Of a stretch of DNA of 64,000 nt, positions 32,900 through 42,308 are shown one piece after another. The position numbers and the translations under genes are program-made. The stretch is from Actinomycetota bacterium (lineage in GTDB: Bacteria; Actinomycetota; Actinomycetes; Nanopelagicales; Nanopelagicaceae), in assembly GCA_016870895.1 (NCBI GenBank), contig VGAA01000001.1, forward strand, positions 13,157 to 77,156, in the 5' to 3' direction. Each line of letters opens with the position of its first letter. Position 1 is the stretch's first letter. The notes beneath the pieces are model-generated. The model did no database searches, was not told the origin of the DNA, and was given only the letters and a program-made list of their open reading frames with translations.

Positions 32900-34352
32900 T
32901 TCTCAAGTTCGCGTGAGATTCGCACCCTCACCCACTGGCGATCTACATGTCGGCAATATTAGAACTGCATTGTTTGATTGGGCTTACGCTAGACATACAG
33001 GTGGAAAATTAATATTTAGAATCGAAGATACAGATACTGAAAGAGTTACTGACCAATATATTCAAGCTGCAATTGAAACACTTAAATGGCTTGGGCTCAA
33101 TTGGGATGAAGGTCCTGAGGTAGGTGGAGATTTAGGTCCTTACCTACAATCGCAAAGATTAGATATATATGCTGAATGGGCGCAAAAATTTATTAATCAA
33201 GGTGATGCTTACTATTGTTACTGTAGCTCAGAAGAGTTAGAAGCTCGTCGCCAGGAGCAGATGAAAAATAATAAAGCTCCTGGTTATGATGGAAAATGCC
33301 GTGACTTAAGTGATGAGCAGGTTAGTAGTTATAAAAGTCAGGGCCGTAAAGCAGTTGTACGAATGCGAATGCCGAAGGGCGAAACTACTTTTGTAGATTT
33401 AATCCGTGGTGAAGTTAAGTTTGAGCATCAATTTGTTCCAGACTTTGTGTTAGCACGTGCAGACGGTTCACCTTTATACACATTAGCTGTCGCCGTAGAT
33501 GACATATTAATGAAAATTACACATGTTTTGAGAGGCGAGGACTTACTCTCATCTACACCAAGACAAATTCGAGTTTATCAAGCGATGGGTGTTGATCCTA
33601 AAGATTATCCTTTGTTTGCCCACCTGCCATTTGTTATGGGGCAAGACAACGCAAAATTATCAAAACGCAATGGGGAAGTTTCGATTGCTTGGTATCGAGA
33701 GCAAGGTTTCTTGCCAGAGGCAATTTGTAACTACCTGGCATTACTAGGGTGGTCCCCAGGAGATGATAAAGAGAATATAACCTTGCAAGAACTTGTTGCA
33801 TTATTCACAATAGAGCGAGTTAACAGTAGTCCAGCAAGGTTTGACATGAAAAAACTTGAGGCAATTAATGGCGATAAGATTCGAGCGCTAGATATTGATA
33901 AGTTTCTTGAATTATCTATTCCATTTCTTAAAAAGAGTCAGGTAGTTTCTGGAACTCCTGAAGAAATTAAGGTTGTTAAATCTGCATTACCAATAATCCA
34001 GGAGCGCATTGTGAAATTATCTGAAATTCCTAAAATGCTCAACTTCTTATTTATGAAAAATTTCTCTGTGGATCCTGAAGAATTACCTAAGTTATTAGAT
34101 GATTCAGCGCAAAAAGTTTTATCTACAGCCCTTGCCAAAGTTGAAAATTTAACTGATTGGACTCACCAAAAAATCGAGGAAGTGCTTCGTATTGCCTTAA
34201 TCGAGGAGTTAGGACTAAAACCTCGTATTGCCTTCAGTGCAATTCGAATAGCGGTCACTGGATCTCATATTTCACCTCCACTTTTTGAGTCACTGGAGTT
34301 ATTAGGGAAAGAGCGTTCAATTTCGCGAATAAAGGCGGTAATTTCCAAATAA
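32889..34352 (+). CDS. gltX: Glutamate-tRNA ligase
   Basis: RFAPSPTG, HVGN, KLSKR; adjacent Gln and Glu tRNAs. Confidence 0.98.
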   Translation: MPTNSQVRVRFAPSPTGDLHVGNIRTALFDWAYARHTGGKLIFRIEDTDTERVTDQYIQAAIETLKWLGLNWDEGPEVGGDLGPYLQSQRLDIYAEWAQKFINQGDAYYCYCSSEELEARRQEQMKNNKAPGYDGKCRDLSDEQVSSYKSQGRKAVVRMRMPKGETTFVDLIRGEVKFEHQFVPDFVLARADGSPLYTLAVAVDDILMKITHVLRGEDLLSSTPRQIRVYQAMGVDPKDYPLFAHLPFVMGQDNAKLSKRNGEVSIAWYREQGFLPEAICNYLALLGWSPGDDKENITLQELVALFTIERVNSSPARFDMKKLEAINGDKIRALDIDKFLELSIPFLKKSQVVSGTPEEIKVVKSALPIIQERIVKLSEIPKMLNFLFMKNFSVDPEELPKLLDDSAQKVLSTALAKVENLTDWTHQKIEEVLRIALIEELGLKPRIAFSAIRIAVTGSHISPPLFESLELLGKERSISRIKAVISK

Positions 34353-34392
34353 ATTTAACGCAAGGTATTCTTTTACTGCTCAAAATCAATAT

Positions 34393-34464
34393 TGGGGTAT
34401 GGGGTAATTGGTAGCCCTGCTGATTCTGGTTCAGCCTGTCTAGGTTCGAGTCCTGGTACCCCAG
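34393..34464 (+). tRNA. tRNA-Gln (CTG)
   Basis: Acceptor TGGGGTA/TACCCCA, anticodon arm GCTGA-TTCTGGT-TCAGC, GGTTCGAGTCC T-arm; CCA not encoded. Confidence 0.96.
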
Positions 34465-34484
34465 CGACTCTAGTTTTACCGTAC

Positions 34485-34557
34485 GGCTCCGTCGTCTAGT
34501 GGCCTAGGACTCTGGCTTCTCAAGCCAGCTACGGGGGTTCGAATCCCCTCGGAGCTA
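34485..34557 (+). tRNA. tRNA-Glu (CTC)
   Basis: Acceptor GGCTCCG/CGGAGCT, anticodon arm CTGGC-TTCTCAA-GCCAG, GGTTCGAATCC; CCA not encoded. Confidence 0.96.
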
Positions 34558-34567
34558 CATTTGTTTT

Positions 34568-35290
34568 TTACTTTTGATTTTTTGCTAAGTGTTCACTTAA
34601 TCTGGCAGCGGTTGCAACTACTGCGGCAGCATGAATTCTTCCAGGTTGTCTACTTAACCGTTCCATCGGTCCACTAATACTTACTGCAGCAATCACCTTA
34701 TTGTTTGGCCCTCGAACCGGTGCTGATACCGATGCAACGCCTGCCTCTCTTTCACCAACTGATTGTGCCCAGCCGCGTCTACGGACTGCAGCTAAATTTG
34801 CTGCCGTGAATTTAGCATTTAATAGACCGCGATGAAGTTTCTCTGGATCCTCCCAAGCAAGAAGTATTTGAGCTGCAGAACCTGCCTGCATAGTTAGGAC
34901 TGTGCCAACTGGAACCGAGTCTCTCAACCCAGTTAATCTCTCTGCAGTTGCAACACATATTCTGCGATCGCCTTGTCTTCGATAAAGCTGCGCACTCTCA
35001 CTTGTTGCATCTCTAAGTGCCGTTAGTGAGGGGGCAGCAATCGCTAATAATTTGTCTTCACCAGCAGCTGCAGCAAGTTCAGAGGAGCGGGCTCCTAAAA
35101 TAAATCTACCTGAGAAATCTCGTGATACAAGTCGATGAAACTCAAGGGCAATTGCCAATCTATGTGCTGTCGGACGTGCGATTCCAGTTGTTGAGACAAG
35201 TTCGCTAAGTGATTGTGGCCCTGCCTCTAATGCAGCAAGTATTTTTACCGCTTTGTCTAGGACGCCGACTCCGCTATTCTTTCTGTCCAT
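34568..35290 (-). CDS. ndgR: IclR-family regulator NdgR/LtbR (branched-chain amino acid synthesis)
   Basis: SGVGVLDKA, RPTAHRL, WAQSVGEREAGVASVSAP; divergent from leuC; start set at ATG 35290. Confidence 0.92.
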   Translation of the reverse strand: MDRKNSGVGVLDKAVKILAALEAGPQSLSELVSTTGIARPTAHRLAIALEFHRLVSRDFSGRFILGARSSELAAAAGEDKLLAIAAPSLTALRDATSESAQLYRRQGDRRICVATAERLTGLRDSVPVGTVLTMQAGSAAQILLAWEDPEKLHRGLLNAKFTAANLAAVRRRGWAQSVGEREAGVASVSAPVRGPNNKVIAAVSISGPMERLSRQPGRIHAAAVVATAARLSEHLAKNQK

Positions 35291-35305
35291 ACTCTGATAA
35301 TGCCA

Positions 35306-35320
35306 TCTCAATAAATGAGA
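35306..35320. promoter_or_regulatory. Probable NdgR operator
   Basis: Inverted repeat TCTCA-ATAAA-TGAGA in the 67 bp ndgR/leuC divergent spacer. Confidence 0.6.
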
Positions 35321-35357
35321 AGCAAATTCAGGTAGGTATCGAAAGGATTCAGTCGCA

Positions 35358-36755
35358 ATGGGCAAGACATTGGCGGAAAAGATTTGGGCAGAGCATGTAG
35401 TTAGCACTACCGCCGGTGAGCCAGATTTACTTTACATTGATCTGCACCTAATTCACGAGGTAACAAGCCCACAAGCATTTGATGGCTTACGTTTAGCTAA
35501 TCGCAAAGTTAGAAGACCAGACTTAACTATTGCAACTGAAGATCATAATGTTCCTACTTTAAATATTGATAAGCCAATTGCCGATCCCGTTTCCAAATTA
35601 CAGGTAGATACCTTGCGGAAAAATTGCGCTGAGTTTGGCGTTCGAATTCACTCACTAGGTGATGTAGAACAAGGAATTGTGCATGTAGTTGGACCTCAAT
35701 TAGGTATCACTCAACCAGGTATGACAATTGTTTGCGGTGATTCGCATACATCAACACATGGCGCATTTGGTGCTCTAGCCTTTGGAATTGGGACAAGTGA
35801 GGTTGAGCATGTGCTCGCAACTCAGACCTTGCCATTAATTAGGCCAAAAACAATGGCGATCAATGTCGATGGAACTTTGAAGCCTGGGGTAACAAGTAAA
35901 GACATTATTTTGGCCGTAATTGCAAAAATTGGTACTGGTGGCGGCCAGGGTTATGTACTTGAATATCGTGGCAGTGCCATAAGAGCATTATCTATGGAGG
36001 CTCGAATGACAATATGTAATATGTCTATCGAAGCTGGTGCCAGGGCTGGGTTGATAGCGCCCGATCAAACTACCTTTGATTATGTAAAAGGAAAACCGCA
36101 TGCCCCAAGTGGAGATGATTGGGAGGCAGCATTGGCTTATTGGAAAACTTTAGTAACAGATACTGATGCCACCTTTGATAAAGAAATTTATTTAAATGCC
36201 GATGACTTGGCACCATTTGTAACTTGGGGAACAAATCCAGGTCAAGGATTACCACTTAGCGAATCTGTACCAAATCCTGCTGATTTCACCAATCCTGAGG
36301 ATAGAGGTGCCGCAGAGCGCGCCCTTGAGTATATGGATTTAAAACCTGGTACACCACTTAAATCGATTAAGGTAGACACAGTGTTTCTAGGCTCCTGCAC
36401 AAATGGCAGAATTGAAGATTTAAGATCTGCTGCTGAAGTAATTAAAGGCAAAAAGATTGCTAATTCTCTTCGATTATTAGTTGTTCCTGGGTCAGCTCGA
36501 GTTAGATTACAAGCTGAAGCTGAAGGCTTAGATAAGGTATTTCTAGATGCTGGAGCAGAATGGCGCAGCGCTGGGTGTTCCATGTGTTTAGGCATGAATC
36601 CAGATCAGTTAAAGCCCGGGGAGCGGGCAGCCTCAACAAGTAATCGAAATTTTGAGGGGAGACAAGGAAGGGGTGGGCGTACGCATCTGGTCAGTCCATT
36701 AGTAGCCGCAGCTACAGCATTAAAGGGCACTCTCTCCTCACCGGCGGATTTATAA
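35358..36755 (+). CDS. leuC: 3-isopropylmalate dehydratase large subunit
   Basis: [43 protein letters not shown]. Confidence 0.99.
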   Translation: MGKTLAEKIWAEHVVSTTAGEPDLLYIDLHLIHEVTSPQAFDGLRLANRKVRRPDLTIATEDHNVPTLNIDKPIADPVSKLQVDTLRKNCAEFGVRIHSLGDVEQGIVHVVGPQLGITQPGMTIVCGDSHTSTHGAFGALAFGIGTSEVEHVLATQTLPLIRPKTMAINVDGTLKPGVTSKDIILAVIAKIGTGGGQGYVLEYRGSAIRALSMEARMTICNMSIEAGARAGLIAPDQTTFDYVKGKPHAPSGDDWEAALAYWKTLVTDTDATFDKEIYLNADDLAPFVTWGTNPGQGLPLSESVPNPADFTNPEDRGAAERALEYMDLKPGTPLKSIKVDTVFLGSCTNGRIEDLRSAAEVIKGKKIANSLRLLVVPGSARVRLQAEAEGLDKVFLDAGAEWRSAGCSMCLGMNPDQLKPGERAASTSNRNFEGRQGRGGRTHLVSPLVAAATALKGTLSSPADL

Positions 36756-37352
36756 ATGGATAAATTTATTAAGCACACTGGTACTGCTGTACCGCTTCGT
36801 CGTAGCAATGTCGATACCGATCAAATTATTCCTGCGGTTTATCTAAAGCGCATTACTAAAAGTGGTTTTGAGGATGGGCTATTTGCAGCTTGGCGTAATG
36901 ATCCCGCATTTGAATTAAATCAACCGCAGTACAAATCGGCAACTATTTTAGTTGCTGGCCCAGATTTTGGCACCGGATCCTCTCGAGAGCACGCTGTTTG
37001 GGCCTTACAAAATTACGGTTTTAAAGTTGTACTCTCTAGTCGATTTGCGGATATTTTCCGCGGTAATTCCCAAAAAGCTGGCTTATTGACGGTTATTTTG
37101 CCTCAAGAAGAGATCGAGAAAATCTGGCTAGTGGTTGAAAGTAAGCCAGATACCTCTATCACGGTAGATCTAGATAAGAAAACTGTTTCCTACGCGCAGA
37201 CAACTATTGCATTTGCAATTGATGACTACACCAGATGGCGCCTTATGGAAGGGTTAGATGACATTGGTCTAACATTTACCAAAATTGATCAAGTTTCAAA
37301 ATTTGAAGAAAATAGAGCTAGTTTTAAGCCTAAAACACTGCCAATTCGCTAA
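36756..37352 (+). CDS. leuD: 3-isopropylmalate dehydratase small subunit
   Basis: [27 protein letters not shown]. Confidence 0.98.
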   Translation: MDKFIKHTGTAVPLRRSNVDTDQIIPAVYLKRITKSGFEDGLFAAWRNDPAFELNQPQYKSATILVAGPDFGTGSSREHAVWALQNYGFKVVLSSRFADIFRGNSQKAGLLTVILPQEEIEKIWLVVESKPDTSITVDLDKKTVSYAQTTIAFAIDDYTRWRLMEGLDDIGLTFTKIDQVSKFEENRASFKPKTLPIR

Positions 37353-37356
37353 ACGA

Positions 37357-37383
37357 AAACTCTAAAGTAATAATTTAGAGTTT
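37357..37383. repeat. Perfect 10 bp inverted repeat after leuD (terminator or operator)
   Basis: AAACTCTAAA-GTAATAA-TTTAGAGTTT. Confidence 0.55.
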
Positions 37384-37528
37384 CTATAAATCTTCAAAAA
37401 ACCTTAATTTTAAATAGGAATTTGGTCGCGACACACCGATTTAATTAATCAATCTATTTCTCTTCACCCCATAGATTAACCCTCAGTTAAGCAAATGCTT
37501 AATGTTTACGCGTAAATAAGGGGATTAA

Positions 37529-37927
37529 ATGAACAAGGCACAGTTCATCGCCTATCTTGCTCCACAGTTTGGTGACAGCAAGAAAGAGGCTGCACGCGCT
37601 GTAGAGGTAATTTTTGATGCGGTTGTTCGCAATATCTCAAAGGGCGAAGATGTAATGATCAATGATTTTGGTAAGTTCAAAAAAGTTGATCGACCAGCTC
37701 GTAAAGGTCGTAATCCATTCACTGGAGAGACGATTCAAATTAAAGCCAGCAAGAAAGTTCGCTTCTTACCTGCAAAGGGATTAAAGGAAGTAATTTCTGG
37801 CGCTCGCAAGCTAGGTGCTGCTCCAACTCCACCAGCAAAAGCAGCTCCTGCCAAGGCTGCTAAGAAAGCTCCAAAGGCCAAGAAAGCAGTTCGTAAAGTT
37901 GCAAAGAAGTCAAAGCGTCGTCGCTAA
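37529..37927 (+). CDS. hup: HU nucleoid protein with Lys/Ala/Pro-rich tail (HupS/HupB type)
   Basis: FGKF..RPARKGRNPFTGETIQIKA; C-terminal PAKAAPAKAAKK repeats. Confidence 0.96.
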   Translation: MNKAQFIAYLAPQFGDSKKEAARAVEVIFDAVVRNISKGEDVMINDFGKFKKVDRPARKGRNPFTGETIQIKASKKVRFLPAKGLKEVISGARKLGAAPTPPAKAAPAKAAKKAPKAKKAVRKVAKKSKRRR

Positions 37928-37944
37928 TTTCTGAGAAGTAAATT

Positions 37945-37978
37945 AAAACGGGATCTCGCGCATGAGATCCCGTTTTTT
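37945..37978 (+). terminator. Intrinsic terminator after hup
   Basis: AAAACGGGATCTC-GCGCAT-GAGATCCCGTTTTTT. Confidence 0.9.
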
Positions 37979-38023
37979 ACGCTCATTTATCGGCATTATT
38001 AGAATTGGCCTTAGAATTAAGTG

Positions 38024-38806
38024 GTGTCCACCGAGTTGAAGATATCTTACCCGCCACCCAGCGGTAAGCCACTAGGGACCACAAATTGGTTCAAATTTGG
38101 CGCAACTGTGATCCGACCAATACTTAAATTACTGGCTAAACGGAATTGGCAAGGTGCTGAAAATCTACCCATGTCCGGTGGGGCGATTGTTGTGTGTAAC
38201 CATATTTCCTATATCGATCCACTAATTTTCACTCACTTCTTATATGACAATGGTCGAGCACCTAGATATCTCGGGAAAGCTTCCTTATTCAAACTTCCAA
38301 TTGTTGGCAGAGTTTTACTTGGTGCTGGACAAATTCCAGTAGAGCGGGAAACTTCAGAGGCATCTAATGCGTTGCAGCATGCAATAGCTTTTTTGAAATC
38401 TGGCCACCTACTTGGAGTTTATCCAGAGGGAACTTTAACTAGAGACCAGAATTATTGGCCGATGAAAGCAAAAACCGGAATTGCCCGATTAGCAATTTTG
38501 ACTAAAGTGCCAGTAATTCCCTGCGCTCAATGGGGGGCTCAAGAAATTCTGCCAGCGTATAGTAAGAAAATTAGAATTTTTCCACGGACGAAAGTAAAAG
38601 TGATTGCTGGGCAGCCACTGGACTTTTCAAGGTGGTATGGAAAATACGACGATCCAAATGCACTTGAAGAAGCAACCGCATATGTTATGAGTTCGATTAC
38701 AAAATTATTAGAGAAATTACGTGGCGAAAAGGCCCCTATTGAAATATTTGATCCTAGGAAGTCCCAATTACCAAGAACGGGTAATTATAAAAAGGAAATA
38801 AAATGA
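38024..38806 (+). CDS. plsC: Lysophospholipid acyltransferase (PlsC family)
   Basis: NHISYID (HX4D), YPEGT, KTGIAR; GTG 38024 lies 6 nt after TAGAAT. Confidence 0.9.
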   Translation: MSTELKISYPPPSGKPLGTTNWFKFGATVIRPILKLLAKRNWQGAENLPMSGGAIVVCNHISYIDPLIFTHFLYDNGRAPRYLGKASLFKLPIVGRVLLGAGQIPVERETSEASNALQHAIAFLKSGHLLGVYPEGTLTRDQNYWPMKAKTGIARLAILTKVPVIPCAQWGAQEILPAYSKKIRIFPRTKVKVIAGQPLDFSRWYGKYDDPNALEEATAYVMSSITKLLEKLRGEKAPIEIFDPRKSQLPRTGNYKKEIK

Positions 38807-39801
38807 GAAAAGTTGCGGTATTAGGTTCTGGGGCATGGGGAACGACACTAGGTCAGGTGATGGTTGACTCTGGGCAGCAGGTTTTAATCTGGGGTAGGAA
38901 TAAGAAAGTTGTTCGAGAGATAAATCGTAGACATTCTAATCGTCGCTTCCTCAAAGGCATAGATTTACCTAGGGAGTTAAAGGCAACTACTGATATCAAA
39001 GCTGTGCTTGAGTTTGCTGAGGTAATTTTAGTGGCAATTCCTGCTCAAACTTTGCGGGAAAATTTGGTGGCATGGAAAGGTTTTTTCCCAACGGGTTTAC
39101 CAGTTATTAGCACACTTAAAGGTATTGAGGTTGATACTCAGTTTAGAATGACAGAGGTAATGCAGGAAGTCTTAGGAATAGAAAAATCGAAATTGGGATT
39201 AATCACAGGACCAAATTTGGCAAATGAAGTAATTATGCGACAACCGGCAGGCGCTGTGGCGGCATCTGAAAAACAAGAAATCATCGATCTTATTACTGAT
39301 ACGTTTTCAACCAATTACTTCAGAATTTACCCATCTAAAGATTTAATTGGCTGTGAATTTGCTGGGGCAGCAAAGAGTGTTATTGCAATTGCAGTTGGCA
39401 TGGCAGTGGGTATGGGCTATGGCGAGAACACGCAAGGATTAATGATTACTAGAGGATTATCTGAGGTTGCTCGTCTTGGAGAGGCGTATGGTGCTACACC
39501 ACTTACATTTTTAGGCCTTGCAGGCATTGGCGATCTTGTGGCAAGTGCACAATCTCCACTATCTAGAAATAGAAGTTTTGGAGAGGTCTTAGGGAAATCA
39601 GGTTCAATAGTTAAAGCCAGACAGCAGATAGTTAAAACTGTCGAAGGTGTTTACTCAGCAGGTGCAATGCTGGAATTAGCACATCGAGTGGGTGTCGAAG
39701 TTCCAATTATTGAGGCTGTCTCGGATGTTGTTGCCGAAACTCTTAGGCCAAAAGATGCATTGGATAGATTAATGAAGGTAAGTATTAAGGCTGAAATTTA
39801 A
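38803..39801 (+). CDS. gpsA: NAD(P)H-dependent glycerol-3-phosphate dehydrogenase
   Basis: GSGAWGT, KGIE, GPNLA, GLAGIGDL, SRN. Confidence 0.96.
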   Translation: MRKVAVLGSGAWGTTLGQVMVDSGQQVLIWGRNKKVVREINRRHSNRRFLKGIDLPRELKATTDIKAVLEFAEVILVAIPAQTLRENLVAWKGFFPTGLPVISTLKGIEVDTQFRMTEVMQEVLGIEKSKLGLITGPNLANEVIMRQPAGAVAASEKQEIIDLITDTFSTNYFRIYPSKDLIGCEFAGAAKSVIAIAVGMAVGMGYGENTQGLMITRGLSEVARLGEAYGATPLTFLGLAGIGDLVASAQSPLSRNRSFGEVLGKSGSIVKARQQIVKTVEGVYSAGAMLELAHRVGVEVPIIEAVSDVVAETLRPKDALDRLMKVSIKAEI

Positions 39802-40844
39802 TGGGTAAGGTAAAAGTTGCAATAATTTGTGGTGGTAGGAGCAGCGAAAATGAAATCTCCTTAATATCTGCAAGCGGAGTATTGCAAGCGATTGATAGAA
39901 ATCTTTTTGATATAGAACTTATTGGTATAACAAAGTCTGGCAAATGGCTTCACCTACCTAAAGAATCAATTTTTGTTGTTAAAAATGGTGTGCTACCCAC
40001 AATTTCAGAAAATGGCATTGAAGTGAGTATTACTAGCCAGGGATTAATTGCTGGGGGTAAAAAACTAGCGGTAGATGTAGTTTTTCCAGTACTACACGGG
40101 CCATATGGTGAAGATGGAACCATTCAAGGCTTGCTGGAGATAATTGGTCTACGGTATGTCGGCTCCGGGGTTTTAGCAAGCGCAGTTTGTATGGATAAGT
40201 CATATGCCAAACCAATTTTTTCTGCTGCTGGATTAAAAGTTGCACCAGGAATTGTAGTTACCTCCAATAAATTTGAACTGCCAAGTGAGCTTTCAGTCCC
40301 ATTATTTGTAAAACCAGCAAGAAGTGGTTCGAGCAAGGGAACCTCTAAAGTAAATCGAATAACAGAACTGGCAGACGCGGTGGAACACGCACTAAGTTTT
40401 GATTCAAAGGTGATAATTGAAAAGGCTGTCGAGGGTAAAGAAATTGAGTGCGCAATTTTAGAGACTGATAAAAAGTTAACAGTTTCTGCGGTCGGTGAAA
40501 TCTCAATCTCTAAAGATTTTGAATTTTATGATTTCCAAGCAAAGTATATTGATAATTCAATGGAGTTAATTGTGCCCGCTAATTTGCCAGAGGGTGTAGA
40601 GGATGAGATTAAGAAAGCTGCTCTGATTGCATTTTCAGCCGCAGGTTGTGAAGGATTAGCAAGGGTTGATTTCTTTTATGCAAATACTGGCGAGGTAATT
40701 ATTAATGAAATTAATACTATGCCAGGATTTACACCAACATCAGTTTATCCCAAGCTGTTTGAAGAAAGCGGTGTGGATTATAAGCTACTAATAACAAAAT
40801 TAATTAACACTGCAATGAGTAAATCTGTGAGTATTACTAGATAA
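39801..40844 (+). CDS. ddl: D-alanine-D-alanine ligase
   Basis: GGRSSE, LHGPYGEDG, KPARSGSS, EINTMPG. Confidence 0.97.
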   Translation: MGKVKVAIICGGRSSENEISLISASGVLQAIDRNLFDIELIGITKSGKWLHLPKESIFVVKNGVLPTISENGIEVSITSQGLIAGGKKLAVDVVFPVLHGPYGEDGTIQGLLEIIGLRYVGSGVLASAVCMDKSYAKPIFSAAGLKVAPGIVVTSNKFELPSELSVPLFVKPARSGSSKGTSKVNRITELADAVEHALSFDSKVIIEKAVEGKEIECAILETDKKLTVSAVGEISISKDFEFYDFQAKYIDNSMELIVPANLPEGVEDEIKKAALIAFSAAGCEGLARVDFFYANTGEVIINEINTMPGFTPTSVYPKLFEESGVDYKLLITKLINTAMSKSVSITR

Positions 40845-40846
40845 AA

Positions 40847-41335
40847 ATGAATGGTGTGCTTGAAAAGTCAGCAGTAAAGCGTGTAATTGCGGCAATAGAA
40901 AATCATAAGATGCTCGGTCAAATAAGGATTTTAGAAGAAACCGCTAAGAGTGCCGCAGAAGCAGCAGCTAGCCTGGGAATTGAAGTTGGACAAATTGCTT
41001 CTTCACTTATATTTAAACTTCCTAACCAATTACCACTTTTAATTATCACCTCTGGTAGACATCGAGTCGATACCGACTTAGTAGCAAGTAATTTAGAGGT
41101 TGAGAAATTGGAGCGAGTTGATGCAGATTATGTAAAAGAGAAATCTGGTTTTTCAATCGGGGGTGTAGCGCCAATTGGATGGTTAAATCCACCAGGAATG
41201 ATTTTGCTTGATGAGGCTTTAAATGATTATTCAGTTATTTGGGCTGCTGCTGGACATCCTCACGCTGTTTTCCCAACAACATATGATGAATTGAAAAGAG
41301 TACTAGGCGCGCAAGCTATGAAAGTAAGTGAATAA
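40847..41335 (+). CDS. YbaK/EbsC family tRNA-editing protein
   Basis: GQIASSLIF, GFSIGGVAPIG, WAAAGHPHAVF. Confidence 0.9.
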   Translation: MNGVLEKSAVKRVIAAIENHKMLGQIRILEETAKSAAEAAASLGIEVGQIASSLIFKLPNQLPLLIITSGRHRVDTDLVASNLEVEKLERVDADYVKEKSGFSIGGVAPIGWLNPPGMILLDEALNDYSVIWAAAGHPHAVFPTTYDELKRVLGAQAMKVSE

Positions 41336-41725
41336 ATGAAAATAGTTTTTCGCACGGCTGTATATCTTTCTTTATTTTGGAATCTTTCACTTGTTGTTGG
41401 TGTTGTAATCGATGCCTCATATGCGCTACCAAGAGCTGCCGGTGGGCAATTTGAAAATTTTCCGACATATATACGATTAGTTTATGCATTAGTTAGTGCA
41501 ATTGTTCTCTATCAATTATATATCTGTGATCGTTTTTATAGAAAATCAATACTTGCAAAAGTTTGGCTATTAAGAGTTTTTTTCTTTACTGGGATATTGA
41601 GTGTAATTGTAAATATCATATCTCGATCAGAACTCGAGAGATGGAACTTTATTCCCGCTTTAATAATAGCTTTTTCTTTTCTTAAACAGGTTAATTTGGC
41701 TTGGGAGAAACAGCATGGCAAATAG
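41336..41725 (+). CDS. Hypothetical membrane protein (about 4 TM)
   Basis: 129 aa ORF abutting ybaK; hydrophobic segments, AAGGQF and SRSELERW motifs. Confidence 0.65.
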   Translation: MKIVFRTAVYLSLFWNLSLVVGVVIDASYALPRAAGGQFENFPTYIRLVYALVSAIVLYQLYICDRFYRKSILAKVWLLRVFFFTGILSVIVNIISRSELERWNFIPALIIAFSFLKQVNLAWEKQHGK

Positions 41726-41948
41726 TAAAAAGTTAAGAATCTTTGAATGGCTTGGGGTAATAACCGCAATTGTCTATTCTTTGCTAGTAGCAGCCAATAT
41801 TGGAGCTGAGTTTATTGGATTTACCTTATTGCTGATATCTTCGGCGCTAATTGGCATTTGGGCATACTTGGGCAAGCATAAAGGTATTTTATTTTTGCAA
41901 TTTTTTTATGCAACTGCAGGTGTAATCGGAATGATTCGATGGTTTTAA
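41715..41948 (+). CDS. Small 3-TM membrane protein (Pnu half-transporter-like pattern)
   Basis: 77 aa, three hydrophobic helices, SD GGGAG upstream. Confidence 0.65.
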   Translation: MANSKKLRIFEWLGVITAIVYSLLVAANIGAEFIGFTLLLISSALIGIWAYLGKHKGILFLQFFYATAGVIGMIRWF

Positions 41949-41950
41949 AT

Positions 41951-41985
41951 AAAAAAAGCTACTGTTATTTAAAGTAGCTCTCTTT
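41951..41985 (-). terminator. Terminator between convergent genes
   Basis: AGCTACT-N9-AGTAGCT hairpin flanked by A7 (U-tract on the minus strand). Confidence 0.65.
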
Positions 41986-41988
41986 AAA

Positions 41989-42225
41989 TTAGTGCGTAGT
42001 TACAGGACAGGTAAGTGTTCTAGTTATTCCAGAAACACCCTGTACTTTAGCCAACACAGTGCGACCAAAATCTTCCATTGAAGCCGATTCAGCTCGCATA
42101 ATTACGTCGTAAGGACCAGTGACACCCTCTGCAATAGTTACACCAGCAATTGCTGAAACTGCCTTTGCAACACTTGCCGCCTTACCAACTTCTGTTTGAA
42201 TAAGAATATAAGCCTGTACGGACAT
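41989..42225 (-). CDS. Stand-alone Lrp/AsnC ligand-binding domain protein
   Basis: VQAYILIQTEVGKA, VTGPYDVI, TRTLTCPV; divergent from thiL as in other actinobacteria. Confidence 0.92.
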   Translation of the reverse strand: MSVQAYILIQTEVGKAASVAKAVSAIAGVTIAEGVTGPYDVIMRAESASMEDFGRTVLAKVQGVSGITRTLTCPVTTH

Positions 42226-42308
42226 TTAAAGCCTTTCAATTATCGCCACATGTTCAGCGATGAACTTTAGCGTCATTAAAGGGTAGCCTATAGCGAGTTA
42301 ATTGGGGA

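Noticed and set aside
34393-34567. tRNA pair as an integration site for an island
   Set aside because: No integrase and no duplicated tRNA 3' end seen; ndgR-leuCD follows as in the usual synteny
35291-35407. Extended N-terminus of the IclR regulator overlapping leuC
   Set aside because: Family similarity starts at MDRKNSGVGV (35290), which has a leaderless-type -10; the extension is an ORF-calling artefact, as are those for phoH, smc, recG and the SepIVA-like gene
37820-37920. Repetitive sequence at the 3' end of hup
   Set aside because: It is the known histone-like Lys/Ala/Pro tail of actinobacterial HU
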